The notes under the pieces are model-generated. The model was not told the DNA's origin and ran no database searches. It worked only from the letters and a program-made list of their open reading frames with translations. From the NCBI RefSeq assembly GCF_001194135.2, contig NC_068983.1, positions 128,880,321 through 128,915,982 of the forward strand: a stretch of DNA of 35,662 nucleotides. Direction: 5' to 3'. The translations under genes were made by a program, and so were the position numbers. Below, piece after piece: positions 10,770-23,985 of the stretch (position 1 is its first letter; every line of letters begins with the position of its first letter). This stretch comes from Octopus bimaculoides (lineage: Eukaryota).

Positions 10770-13236
10770 GAATAAATGTATATACATATGTATATATGTG
10801 AGCAAGTAGCTTTGTTAGATAAATAGCATATCTGAATGGCCAGTACAGCAACAGAGTTTCCAGTGTATAGTTATACGATACATCTAAAATAAATTCTTAA
10901 AGAAGATAAATTTTCCAATCTTTCTAAGTTACGTAAGAGAGCATATGTCATTCGTAATCACTGAAGTAGACTTGTAATAGAAACATAAAATGGGTAACTG
11001 TTTAAAATTATCCTTTTATGCCAGTCTTAGCCTTAAATGATTTTCTCATTTGTATCTCATTGTTTTCCGTTTTCTAATTTGTCAGACGTATACTAATACA
11101 AATATTTCGGTATGGGCATAAAATGTGGACAAGATGAAGTCGATACAATAGTGCTTGGAGTGTGGTCACCCAAAGAGACACATGTAAATTGCTATAGATT
11201 TTTCATATCAAAGCACTACTCGGTATTAGGGATGTGATATTCAGCAATTAGCAGGTGATGATGATGCGCTGAAGCAATTGGAGTGACATATAATAAACCA
11301 CGTTCACATCCACTTATTAATATTTTCTATATATACTCTACGGATATTTGCGGATATATACTCTACGGATATACAGGAATCCTACTGTATAATAACATTT
11401 TATTGACAGCACTCGGCAATATATATATATTAATGATATATTACAGATAGTATTTATGGAATTTTGATTAAGTGACAGGTTACTTTTGGCCAATCCTCTC
11501 TCTCTCTCTCTGTATATATATANNNNNNNNNNNNNNNNNNNNNNNNNNNNNNNNNNNNNNNNNNNNNNNNNNNNNNNNNNNNNNNNNNNNNNNNNNNNNN
11601 NNNNNNNNNNNNNNNNNNNNNNNNNNNNNNNNNNNNNNNNNNNNNNNNNNNNNNNNNNNNNNNNNNNNNNNNNNNNNNNNNNNNNNNNNNNNNNNNNNNN
11701 NNNNNNNNNNNNNNNNNNNNNNNNNNNNNNNNNNNNNNNNNNNNNNNNNNNNNNNNNNNNNNNNNNNNNNNNNNNNNNNNNNNNNNNNNNNNNNNNNNNN
11801 NNNNNNNNNNNNTATATATATATATATATGAACCGTCCGTAGGTATCTGCAAGAGGATTATATTGGTTTTGCTATTTCATTGACTATTAATTCTGTCGCC
11901 TATTGTAGAAGATATAGAAACAATTTTTTTTTTATATGTAACCAATTAATGTATTCGATATGTATCGCGCAGACAATATCGAAGAATAAAATGCTGCGAT
12001 AGAATCACCGATAAATTCTCAATGATTGTCATAGTTAATTAGATGTCTGTATTCTGTAAATTTATCGAAAATACATATTGATTTTTTTTCAGATTGTCGT
12101 ATGTTTCTATAGTTTCAAGTCAATAAACGCTAGCTGAGTTAGAACTGAGAACTAAACCAATTATTACTGAATGTAATTTAGATACTTCGCATTCTGTCTG
12201 AGTTTCTTTCTCCAAAATTTATTTTAGTGCAACTTTACATCGTTAAAGTACCGCGAATACATTGTTGACACAAGTTGTTTCGGTATTTTCAAGCACAATT
12301 GCGTTTTTTTCCTTTTATAGCTGTGTATACGGTATATACGAATGCACATCGGTTGAATGACATTGGACAATGAAAGCGGCTTGACTCTTTCAACAGTTGC
12401 ATAACCATTATCAATTACCTGTTAACTTTATTGATTTTGCATCAGTAGCTGTGAAACTGTAAAGGGAAAGTTTATTTTATTTGCTTCTTAAAACTGATAT
12501 AATATGGTAAATGCTGAGAAAGCAGAAACGAAGATTATAAATGGTTTTCACACTTTAGCTTAAAACTGCCATGCCTTAAGCTGTAAATGTGTCATGGCTA
12601 GTTGCAATACGTATCAAATATAAACGTTAAAACAATAATTTCACCATTTAATTGAATATAATTACATTATATTACAAAATGCATAGTCTTACATTTACTG
12701 ATTCTTTTTTCTGGGGTAAAAATCAAGAAACAGTGGTATGATAATAATAACACGAATTTTCACCAACATTAATTTATTTTAATATACAAACCATTGTGCG
12801 GCACACTGATTTGAGAGAAGAAGACTGAGTAACAGTTTGTTCCTAAAGTTAAACAACTACATTGTTTTCCAGTGTTCAGTATAATATATTAAATCGGAGG
12901 AGTAATATGACACTTGATCATATGTCAACGTATTTTCTAATAAATTATCATGCAGAATAAAGTGAAATATTGAATAATTAATTCGTTCATTCTTTATCAA
13001 CTTTCGGTCATTGGACTCCAACCGAGGTGTTGCACTGCCTTCATCGAGTCAGTTCACTTCATTGCACTTTGGATGAGTTTATCTATTGAAGTCAACAACA
13101 TTTGGAGTAATTACCACATGAAATTTTCAACGATTTATACGATGAAATAAACCTTTGTACAGGTACATATAACAAAGAAATAAAGAATATTGGAAACAAA
13201 TATTACCAATATACACTAGTATTCAATATTTATAAT

Positions 13237-13430
13237 TGTCAAGCTCGCAGGGTACAATTCTTAGCGGGATTTCGTCCGTCTTTACCTTTTAAGTTCAAAT
13301 GCCACTGGAGTGGTCTTTGTCATTCATGTTTTCAGAGTTGATAAAATAGGTACCAGTGGAACACTAAGTTCGATGTAATCGATTTCTCCTCCCCTAAAAT
13401 TGTTGGCTTTGTGCCATGTTTTGAAGCTAA
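13237..13430 (+). mobile_element. SINE family B
   Basis: cttagcgg.atttcgtccgtcttta..agttcaaat..gataaaata.gtaccagt..tcgatgtaatcga..aaattg.tggc.ttgtgcc; homologous to 21104-21314 and 30400-30517. Confidence 0.85.
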
Positions 13431-13751
13431 TCTTACTATAATAGATGTTATGTCCGTCCGTCTGTCCGTCTGTTCCCTCTTCACTGTTAAACAGCTGGAC
13501 CAATGGTCACGATGCATTTCGGGATTACGAAGGAGGTAAGCACGAAGGATTTTTGCATAGAAAATGTGTAAAAGTATAATTATTCAGTGGATATTGAGTT
13601 TTGTATCAATAGACTATTTAAATTGTATTAATAAATCTGGGTTCTTATTGTATTAATAAATCTGGGTTCCCTCATATAGTTCATGAATTTAGAGGGTTTC
13701 GATTTGCGATAGTTTCCCTTTATTTCCCATAATAGGCGGGCATATTTGCTA
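13431..13751 (+). mobile_element. Non-autonomous Helitron (DINE-1/HINE-like), copy 1
   Basis: Starts A|TCTTACTATAAT followed by a (GTCY)n tract (gtccgtccgtctgtccgtctg); ends ggcgggcatatttgCTA; homologous to copy 2. Contains a 23-bp near-tandem duplication (13622-13644, 13647-13669). Confidence 0.6.
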
Positions 13752-14428
13752 TCTTACTATAATGGGCATCATGTCCGTGTTTCTGTCTGTCTGCTCGTCT
13801 GTCTATTCTCTCTTCACGGTCAGATGGCTGGATGAATGGTTACATTATTTTTTGGGATTACAAAGACGGACGTCAGGAAGGATTTTAGCAATAAAAAAAT
13901 CAGAAAGTATGATTTCGTGGATATCGATTTTTGAATTGATAGACCACCTTCCCATTTGTATTAAAAATACACCGACCACGAGTAAATCTGGTTTTCATCG
14001 TATAGTTCATGGCCCCGTCGTAGATACGAAGAGGTTCGCAAAGACGGTTAGTAGCGAAAATAAAATAGAAAAGTGTGTGTCATTATAGAGTGTGCGTGAT
14101 TATTTAGTGGTTATTGAAGTGTGTGAGTCTCGAGCAGGATTCGAAGCGGCTAATCGAAGTAGCTGTTGTTTACACCTCAGTTTTGTCAATCAAAATAACC
14201 TATAGTACCAGAACAACCATATTTTTTGCAACCCTAAATATTTCGCACGAGCATTTTCAGCAAACATGGCACAGGACGAGATCTTAGATGGTGTTCCTGT
14301 ATTTTAACTCACTTCGATGTTTACACACGGCCAGTTACATGTCTCTACGAGTAGAGCAACGGACACCAGTTTATTTGAAAATTAGCGGCGGCCAAACAGA
14401 AAATATCGTCTACAAAGAAGTTGTGTAA
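13752..14428 (+). mobile_element. Internally deleted Helitron, copy 2: same 5' terminus plus helicase C-terminal coding fragment
   Basis: Starts TCTTACTATAAT then a gtctgtctg tract. About 14235-14428 translates to RAFSANMAQDEILD (cf. LAFAMTINKSQGQTL), MFTHGQLHVSTSRAT (cf. FSHGQLYVALSRV) and GGQTENIVYKEVV* (cf. GKTKNVVYKEVL*). 3' terminus not located. Confidence 0.75.
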
Positions 14429-16298
14429 ACATTGATATTATGGAAAGGAATATGATTCATAATTTAAATAAGGAAATTTGTGATCTTTGAACGTATAAGA
14501 ATATAAACAAGCGTAAAATAGAACAGAGAAGTAAAATAAAAGTATATCTACATATTTTTTTTTACTTAATGCTTTTTTACGTTGAGGTCGATGGAAGCTC
14601 TGGCTTTCATTAAGAGTGGTCCACATAACCGCTCATGATACAGATGGTGGGAGCCTATTTCAGTTCGGGATTGAATCGTCATCACATGACACTTTGTTAC
14701 GAACAAATGTCATATAGATGCAACAGAATGCTGTATCATCAACAATAATATGATTTCTCTAAGACATCACCCAGTAATCTATCAAGTCCGTTTATAAATG
14801 CATACTGCTGTTATGACTTCCCTCCCTCATTTTATGCATCCGTGGTAGATGGGTGCATATGTTACTTAATAAAATGTGGAAGTAATGAGAAAATATTGTT
14901 CATATTAAAAATTAAAGTATTTATAGGCGTATAATCAGTCAATTATCTAGAACTTAGTACGATATCGGTAGTTTCATTTATCGAAACATGGAGGGTGAAA
15001 GGGAAAGTAGTCTGGGGTGTGATTTAAAACCGATATCTATTGTCATACAGCTAGTTACAACTGGGTATGTTAATAACGGCTCTATTTAATTCTGCTAAGA
15101 TATTGTCATTAATATAAATGGCAAGAAAATATATAGTTTCTCTTAAAAATTACTGTTAAGAAAATATAAAAATATACCACGTTATATACACGGTGATATA
15201 TCTCAATAAAGACGGGATTGTCAGTGCTTGAATATGTTAGATAATATGTGCGCTTATTAGGTGTTAAGCAGTTCTACTCTTTACCAAGAGCATGGCGATT
15301 CATGAAACAGAATAATTATATTTAACTGTTGCTCATATTTGTACGGTATGAACAGAAAATTAAGTTCTGAAACGTCGGTAAATAACCACCTCAAATAGTA
15401 ATTCTGTGGTCAACAATTTGATTAGATCAATATATACATTCACATTACTCATGTAATTACTGAAGATTCGATCAAATCTTGTTTATATTGCTAATGAACT
15501 AGAAAAATTTCTCTTGCATTACATTTGTAATAATTTACTTTTGAATATTTTTACGAAACATTCATCTGTGTGTGTGNNNNNNNNNNNNNNNNNNNNNNNN
15601 NNNNNNNNNNNNNNNNNNNNNNNNNNNNNNNNNNNNNNNNNNNNNNNNNNNNNNNNNNNNNNNNNNNNNNNNNNNNNNNNNNNNNNNNNNNNNNNNNNNN
15701 NNNNNNNNNNNNNNNNNNNNNNNNNNNNNNNNNNNNNNNNNNNNNNNNNNNNNNNNNNNNNNNNNNNNNNNNNNNNNNNNNNNNNNNNNNNNNNNNNNNN
15801 NNNNNNNNNNNNNNNNNNNNNNNNNNNNNNNNNNNNNNNNNNNNNNNNNNNNNNNNNNNNNNNNNNNNNNNNNNNNNNNNNNNNNNNNNNNNNNNNNNNN
15901 NNNNNNNNNNNNNNNNNNNNNNNNNNNNNNNNNNNNNNNNNNNNNNNNNNNNNNNNNNNNNNNNNNNNNNNNNNNNNNNNNNNNNNNNNNNNTATATATA
16001 TGTATATATATATATATATAAGGGTTTTTTCTGCGTACGTGCGTGTGTGTATGTGTGTGCATAATTTACTGTGGCATCCATTTACTGTGTGAGGACGCCT
16101 CTTATTCATTCCATTGAATTTCATTTCCTTCTTATGAATTATCTAGATTTCGACAAAATATTATAAGTAATACATTTCATTAAATCCGTTCACATATTAT
16201 TAACATCTTGTAAGGATATTTTCCTGTTTGAAATAAGCAATTTCCTGTCCTTTTATTCTGCACTTTCTACTTCATAACACAAATCTCTGAATCTTTAC

Positions 16299-16352
16299 AT
16301 TGAGAGTCTCCCCGGTGTTATCATAATATCTGTTGTCTGCTTTCCTAATTGT
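16299..16352 (-). CDS. Weak candidate exon (54 nt)
   Basis: Acceptor tttattgttgcttcag|, donor AAT|gtaaag. Two frames open (TIRKADNRYYDNTGETLN or QLGKQTTDIMITPGRLS). Splice signals only. Confidence 0.25.
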
Positions 16353-17449
16353 CTGAAGCAACAATAAATAGCAGCAGTTTTATTCATAGGAAAAAAACAA
16401 AGTATTGCTATTTTACACATCAATATCTTTATCATAAGAAAATTGATATTCTCTATTTTTCCCCGTAATACTTAGTTTGTGCTCTGTATTATAAAGTATA
16501 TAAGGCGAAACATTAAATACGAAATAGAAGAGAGTGTTTCGCATATACTCTCAGTATATGTCTATTTGACAAGCAAAAAACTAGCAACGAAATCTTCTTT
16601 AGATCATACTCAGCTCTTTAGAAAACGTAGACTAATTATCTAACTAATACGTAAATTTAATGTGCATGGAAATAAATATACAAACAAACATATAATACAC
16701 ATAAATGCGATGGAAAATATTCGATAGTAAGATATATAGGTCAGAGCTGGATTTGAACCAAATAAACAAAAATATAACAGATGGGTCAAAGGTAAAATTT
16801 GCACCCTAGAAGTGACGGTGAAAATTATTGAATCGTTGAAATAAAATATATATGCAACCGTAAACCTTACATGAAATGCACAATAACGGGATGAGCACGA
16901 CTGCAATGTTTTTGTACAATGTCTGCTGCTAGGTCCTTATATTTGCGAATCAATCACAACAGCAACATCATAAGGTTGCTAAACATTGATAATATATTGA
17001 GTTATCTTTTTTTCCTTTCTGTTTCTTTGAAAGGAATTCTCATTTATGATGTTGAATATAACGTAATCAGTTTCATAAATATACACTAAATATAAAATGT
17101 ATACTACATCTGTTGATTCTTCTTCAATTCACTATTCTCAAACCATGAACGATGTGCAGATAGCACCTCACATGCCTTTGTAATGCTAAGAAGTTACCTT
17201 TCAACGAAACCGACCACGTACAATTCTCATCGTTCATATGGTAGGCAAAGCATTACAAAAAATTCTTTACTATTGAGAAACAATACAATACTTCACCCCG
17301 TAGAAAATAGTCGCCGTATTCAAAGCTCAAGTGAGGCTCACCAAGCATCATGCTTCCGCAACTGGGACTGAGATAATGCATACACAAACGTCCTATGCCT
17401 CATCCAATGAAATACTACTTAGCCGATTTTATTGATGTCAATCTGTATC

Positions 17450-18996
17450 ATACTCGAGTTTTTGATGCATAAACGTATGAATCCACGGTGGAGTGCTAAT
17501 ACTGTGATTTATATCAACGGTGATTACTGGTTGGGTTAGTGCCCCCTGTATCTCAGATGCTTCTGACACATATGTCTAGTATTTTCTCGTTGCCCATATT
17601 ATATCCATGCTTCCACATCTTGATAATATGAAAATACCATGACGTTTTGCGAGCGTGTCATTCTACCTGAATTCTCTCCTTGCACATTTTTATATTACAG
17701 CAGCTGTCCGAGAAGAATAAGCATATCTCCAAAAAACTGATACGACTGTGTGTGTTTGAAGAATGAATTCAACGGAACGCAACTATAAAACTGTGAACAG
17801 TTTAGTAAAAACAAGGGTACATAAACAGCAAATATTGTAGGCAAAAAGCTTCATCGCTTACATTTTGTTTGAGATTATAATCTGAAATATAAATGTCTGT
17901 TTTCTGTCCTCTGTTGGCCTTCATAGATCAAGACTCTGATCATAGGAATTTCATCCGCCGATGAGCTTTTGAAGTAGCTTGACTTAATAGTCTGGGTCAA
18001 GATCCGGGTCCAAAGACCTTAACTTATAAAGAGTAACGTTGGAAAAATGAAGACATTTTTGCTGTAATTCTAGGGTAACCCAGTATTCACAGCCTTTTGA
18101 TGTTTCAGTCAACAAATCACTGAAACAATTCGTGCAGGAACACCGGAACAAGTTGATGTATGTTTCAGACTTCCATGTGTGCAAGTGAAAATACTGTTCA
18201 TGGAATACTGCGAATGAAGTAGTATAAAGTCATTAAAAAAATATTGCATTAATAATGACTCTCAAGGGACTTACGTTGACTGATGTGAATTCGGAAGAAA
18301 TCTTTGGTTCAAATCGACGTTAGGTTTGAAGAAAATATAACAAACATTGTGTTATAGAAGATTCCATCAGCAAAAATTCCACCGATAATAAGAGTGATAT
18401 ATCAGATCTTAAAGATGCGAATGTATCTCTGACGAAGATGATTTTCTATTTTTTTTTATGTTAAGTAAATACTTTATGATACTTCTTTTTTTTAAATGTT
18501 TCTGATTGTTTTGTGCTGCATCATGTGCTATACGCTGAAATACAAGTTTCTAATAGAAATTGATATTTCTTTGCATGTTTTGTACTAATATTCAGTAGAA
18601 GTTTGCATTGTCTGCATCAACTTATCTATCTATAGGAATCCATTTATTATGTTTTACTGATGGTTTGAACCATTTTTACCAATATATTTGCTTTTGGCAA
18701 CATGTACCAGGATTCATTGTTACCGATCCGTTTCTTGTTTTCTCTGCTAAATTTAATTTATTTTCCATTAAAGGCTAGTGCAAAGTTACATCATATAATT
18801 ATACGCTTTATTGTAATATATTGTCACAGTATTATATTTTACATGCGCATGATCATATATTTTCTTTCACAAAACTAATGTCATATAGCATTCAATAAAC
18901 AAGGACAAGTGTAATAAAAGATTTTAACAAACTATCAATCTAAAATAGAAAACAGTCTTCCGATAAAGTACATCATATATGCCGGGACATACGCTA
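17450..18996 (+). mobile_element. pogo/Tigger-like DNA transposon, degraded
   Basis: About 18075-18280: VTQYSQPFDVSVNKSLKQFVQEHRNKLM (cf. LQPLDVSVNKPFK) and SIKSLKKYCINNDSQG (cf. VKSFKKCGISNALDG), then an acidic tail. Right end catcatatatgccgggacatacgc|TA resembles pogo TIRs. Left end is approximate. Confidence 0.75.
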
Positions 18997-19020
18997 TATA
19001 TATATATATATATATATATT

Positions 19021-19437
19021 TCACTGCTTTAAAGCATTTTCCGTCGAATGTATCGACCCAGTACCTATAATTTTTAGAGCCTGGTGCTTAGTCTATCGCT
19101 CTCCTTTATTAACTCATTAAGTCACATGGAGATAAATTCATCAACAATGTTTGTCAAAGAAGGTAGTGGTGATGCAGTCGGAGAATATAGGCACACACTA
19201 AGACACACACAAAGACACACGCACACACACACACAAACACACACACATACACACACACACAAGTACACACACATATATGCGATGGGCTTCTTTCAGATTC
19301 CGTTTAACAAATCCACTCAGTTATGTGTGGGCGGCCCGAGGCTGTAGTAGAAGTCAATTGTTGAAGTTGGCAAGCAGTGGGGTGGAACATGGAACCATGC
19401 TGTTTGAAAGCAAACTCCTTATCGCATAGCCATACAC
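19021..19437 (-). mobile_element. SINE family A, near full length, with internal (CA)n microsatellite
   Basis: Both halves align in reverse with 29090-29490 (gatgggcttctttcag.ttccgt.ta.caaatccactca; tcgacccagtac..agcctggt.ctta.tctatcg). Confidence 0.88.
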
Positions 19438-19609
19438 ACGTCTATATATAAGACATATACATACAACTTTCTATGTGTATGTACGCATGTTTGTAATTAG
19501 AAATAAGTATTATATTGTCAGACTTTTCTTTGTGTCCTACAGCTGACATAATATGAAAACAAACGAGCGCTCCAGCACGAAAGAAAAATAAATTCAGTAT
19601 ATAGCGAAG

Positions 19610-19740
19610 AACACACACACTCGCACACAGACACACACACATGCACCACACACACAAACACACACACACACACACGCATACACACACACACACACAAAAG
19701 GCATACATATCCAGCCACCGTGTACAAACACACACAATTA
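19610..19740. repeat. Interrupted (CA)n microsatellite
   Basis: Read directly. Confidence 0.9.
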
Positions 19741-20901
19741 TATATCCATTTCTACACGAGTCTATGGATGTGTAAATTTTTATCAAATTGGAAGTAAATA
19801 TCACTGGTTAATCAAGTAAACAACACTATCATTGCTTAAAATGTCAAGTATTAAATTGATTACATATTGTCAAATGTTTGCTAGACGCTATCTTTAAATC
19901 AAATGCATCACTGTAACTATTTGTCGTTTATACTAAGTTTATCTAATAAGTATTGAAAAAGACATAGCTATAAATGTTGGTAAAAGAAATTTAAGTCTAT
20001 TTTAAAGAACAATTAAAAAGAAATAATCGTTTATGTCTAACTCATTGTAAAGTAACTACCACCATGACTGATATCCAAACTGCAGTGGAAAAGGCTATCC
20101 ACTGGATTTGGTTAAAAAGTGATGAGCGAGGGCTAGAAGAATATTGAGCTTTATTTGATAACCAGCGGGGCCTCATATCAGTGAGTCACCCATCGAAGGA
20201 GACAGAGGTTGTGATATCGTTATGATTGTGAATAAGTATCCAGCAACAAAGTAATTGTTCAATGTTATTGTACTACTTAAGTATACAGTAAGCCTTTTAA
20301 CTATTCTTACTGCATCTTTTCATCCACCTGAGATCTTTTTTTTAGCTACAAAATACATTGCTCGTACTGTTGATCGTTGGATATGAGCATTTAGTATATT
20401 CCAATATAAGCTGAACTTTTGTTATAAAATAAATGTTACAAATATACTTGATCACTTGCCATTTTTCACTTCAAACATCGTCGGACATTGTCGCATGCCA
20501 GATCATGACTACCCGTCTGATAAGGGTACACAAAGCACATGCATCACGACCATATGTCCGCGGCATAGTGATCTCATATCAAGATCGGGCCCAGTTAAAA
20601 TTTTACTCTGGTCGAGTAGCCTATCCCACTAAATGGTCCTTGAATAAAGGTTGTTTAAGGATGTGGAAAGAAACATCCATCTTTCCAAATATGAATTATT
20701 CAAACTCCAAAGAAATCCTCTCAACACATGGCTATGATGCTCGTGATAAGAGATACACACACCGTCAACCACTAAGAGACATGCTCAACTAGTTAAGGTC
20801 ATGCTGTACCCCATCTTTTATACCAAGACAAATCAATGTACATGATAACACTTCCAATCAGTTAAGATGAGAAGCCAGGAGAGCTACTGCGTCCAAGCAA
20901 C

Positions 20902-20902
<1 letters not shown>

Positions 20903-20998
<96 letters not shown>
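20903..20998. repeat. Compound trinucleotide microsatellite (ATT)15(AGT)17, with degenerate AGT/GGT continuation to ~21110
   Basis: Read directly; the ORF track shows 15 Ile then 17 Ser. Confidence 0.95.
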
Positions 20999-21103
20999 CG
21001 TGGTGGTGGTATAAGCAGTAGTATCGGCAGCAGTACTAATGACAACAACTTTAGCAGTAGTAGTAGTTGGTACTGCTGTTGAAGTAGTAGTTGTTGTAGT
21101 CAT

Positions 21104-21314
21104 GGTGGTTATGGAATCAGTTAGCACGCCTGGTGAAATGCTTAGCGGTATTTCGTCTGTCTTTATGTTCCGAGTTCAAATTTTGCCAATGTTGACTTTG
21201 CATTTCAAACTTTGTCGATAAATTAAGTACCAGTTGCGTACTGAGGTCGGTCTAATCACCTGCCTCTTATCTCCCACAATTTTGGACCTCGTGCCTAGTG
21301 TAGAAAACAATATC
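21104..21314 (+). mobile_element. SINE family B
   Basis: gttagcacgcctggtgaaatgcttagcggtatttcgtctgtcttta..gagttcaaat..gtcgataaattaagtaccagtt..cctcgtgcctagtgtagaaa; homologous to 13237-13430. Confidence 0.9.
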
Positions 21315-22137
21315 AACAAATTGCGTCAGTGATTTAATGGATTTCCATTATTAAAAAAAAATAGATAAACAAAAGTACTGAATAGAGTATAGGACTTGTT
21401 CCCCATTTATTATACCTTTTCTGACAATATGGGAAACTTTTGGATTGATAGTGGATTTCAAGTCAAAATGCAAATGGAAGGGACTATATATATATATATA
21501 TATATNNNNNNNNNNNNNNNNNNNNNNNNNNNNNNNNNNNNNNNNNNNNNNNNNNNNNNNNNNNNNNNNNNNNNNNNNNNNNNNNNNNNNNNNNNNNNNN
21601 NNNNNNNNNNNNNNNNNNNNNNNNNNNNNNNNNNNNNNNNNNNNNNNNNNNNNNNNNNNNNNNNNNNNNNNNNNNNNNNNNNNNNNNNNNNNNNNNNNNN
21701 NNNNNNNNNNNNNNNNNNNNNNNNNNNNNNNNNNNNNNNNNNNNNNNNNNNNNNNNNNNNNNNNNNNNNNNNNNNNNNNNNNNNNNNNNNNNNNNNNNNN
21801 NNNNNNNNNNNNNNNNNNNNNNNNNNNNNNNNNNNNNNNNNNNNNNNNNNNNNNNNNNNNNNNNNNNNNNNNNNNNNNNNNNNNNNNNNNNNNNNNNNNN
21901 NNNNNCTCTCTATATATATATATATATATACATACATATATAAAATACACATCGGGGATATATTTTGATAATACACTCATATACATATATATTAATAAAT
22001 ATTAATACACACACGCACATATATCTAAGAAATTGTATTTACATAGCATTGTAAAGAATTTGTTTTCTTCAGATAAATATTTTGTTTTGTATTTGTGATA
22101 GCAGCTGACATTTCTTCCAGAACATCAAATATGTTGT

Positions 22138-22178
22138 AAATGTGAAATGTTCAATATTTATTTGAACATTTCACATTT
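22138..22178. repeat. Perfect 17-bp inverted repeat with 7-nt spacer
   Basis: aaatgtgaaatgttcaa-tatttat-ttgaacatttcacattt. Confidence 0.95.
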
Positions 22179-23299
22179 GCCAAATGAATATAAATTTTCA
22201 ACACAAATATATATGTTCTTGTGATCACTAGTTAATCATTCTTTCATTTCAGGTGATATATCGATATTAAAGAAAAAAATTTGAATTGATGAATTGAAAT
22301 TCAAACATTTACCAAAAAGCCAAACATTACATCTAAAATGCCCGTGGTCTTTTATAATTCTATGATATTTTGTTATTGATCTCTTACTCACTTAATGATT
22401 ATACCAGTTTGAAAAAAGTGTAGATAAATTTCATCTAAATCGTATTACTTTCCATAGAAGATGCAAATAGCAAGCAATAAATTATCCTTTATAGAATATT
22501 ATATCAATAACCCTATGTATTGGAAAACGTTTAGTTTTCTCCCTGAACATTATACTATTACAATGTACATATACAAAACAAGCCATACGAATATAATACA
22601 TTAACGTGTATTTCTGTGTGTTCGTGAACAGAAAGAATGTTATATATATTTCATGCCCTCCATTTGTAAGCAATGAAAGCATATTTGGTATTTCTCAAAA
22701 CTGAACAGCTAAAGGATTTGAAGCTTCTAGTATGACGCGATAGCTTACCTCTGTTTGAAATGAAAGTCGTTAAGTATGGAGAATAAACAAATTCTTTTTA
22801 AGTATGTATACATCCAAATGATTTTTATGAGTATTTTCCTATGTTAAATTGAATAATGATTTTGCTTTTCTTTTCTAACAGTGTACATAGATATCCTTAA
22901 ATTGTTGTAGCTGTGATTGGTGTTAGCTCTAATTCGAACAATTGAAAATAAAAAGATTTTGGGCACTGGCCTTTTCTAGATAAAGTCAGATTTGTCCACG
23001 ACTCAAAGCCTTACTATTTATTAATATCTAAAATTAGTTTTCAATTTTGTTATAATTTTTAGCAATTCAAAATACATTAGATTATTGATGTTAGACTTGT
23101 TTTAGGTTTCATATTTATTATTTCTCTACGAAGACAAATTCTATCAAATTCTAAAAGAGAATTACCTTTATTGCTTTATAATCCTTCTTTATATTCTTCA
23201 CACATTATTCCATCATATCATTTTGGTCAAGAAATTGAAATTGTTGTGTAGTAATTAAACGATGCATGAGATATTGTCACTTTGTAAGATAACGTTCAA

Positions 23300-23520
23300 C
23301 ACGTTTCCTGTATCACTAATCTGTCCGTTCATTTTCATTGGCCTGAAGATACATCCTATATCAAACACGTCTCTATTGTGTCACCCCGCTTATTGATGTG
23401 ATTTCTAGCATACTGATTTTAATGTATTCAGCTCCTTCATTGTAGCACACCATCATTCAATACTAAGTGCCCTGAATATTTGTGACCTCATATATTCGAT
23501 GTTTATTATGGATATCTAAA
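23300..23520 (-). mobile_element. Possible highly degraded CR1/L2-type LINE ORF2 3' fragment
   Basis: Minus strand: MKELNTLKS and KRGDTIETCLI (cf. RLKELNLFSLEKRRLRGDMIEVYKI). Short and weak. Confidence 0.35.
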
Positions 23521-23854
23521 AGTTCCTTGAAGCTACGTCAATAGATTAATACTGTATTCATTAAAAAACTATGATATTTCTCGCACTATAAGTCACAAAT
23601 ACATTGCAATAACTTTTAAATAAACGTTGCTTAGCAAGTAACGAATTTGTGAATCTCCTGCACAAAGAGATAACTTAATTCAAACACACGCAAATACTCA
23701 CTAACAGACAAATATACATGTGTATATATGTTAGTATTACCCTTGTTGTATACATACACACTCACAGTCACACACACATACACACTCATACACACATACA
23801 CAATACATCACACACACACACATGTATGTATATATATATATATATATATATACA

Positions 23855-23985
23855 GGCGCAGGAGTGGCTGTGTGGTAAGTAGCTTGCTTACCAACGTCAT
23901 GGTTCTGGGTTCAGTCCCACCACATGGCACCTTATGAGTGAATTTAGTAGACAGACGGAAACTCAAAGAAGCCCGTCGTATATAT
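23855..23985 (+). mobile_element. SINE family A, 5' part (tRNA-derived head)
   Basis: ggcgcaggagTGGCTGTGTGGtaagtagcttgcttacc..GGTTCAGTCCC..gacggaaact.aaagaagcccgtcg; homologous to 29090-29235. Confidence 0.88.

Noticed and set aside
16299-16352. TPGRL in one frame, suggesting DEAD-box motif Ib
   Set aside because: The spacing differs from the usual (I/V)(V/I)ATPGRL and no other DEAD-box motifs were found.
20433-20792. 119-aa ORF in non-repetitive-looking sequence
   Set aside because: No recognisable motifs and no convincing splice sites; length is within chance expectation.
20858-21127. Poly-Thr/Asn or poly-Ile/Ser ORF resembling a mucin-like protein
   Set aside because: It is a trinucleotide microsatellite running into a SINE.
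22742-22775. Minus-strand ..ttcaaacagAG|gtaagc resembling a recursive splice site
   Set aside because: The AG before GT is GAG rather than YAG, and there is no other support.
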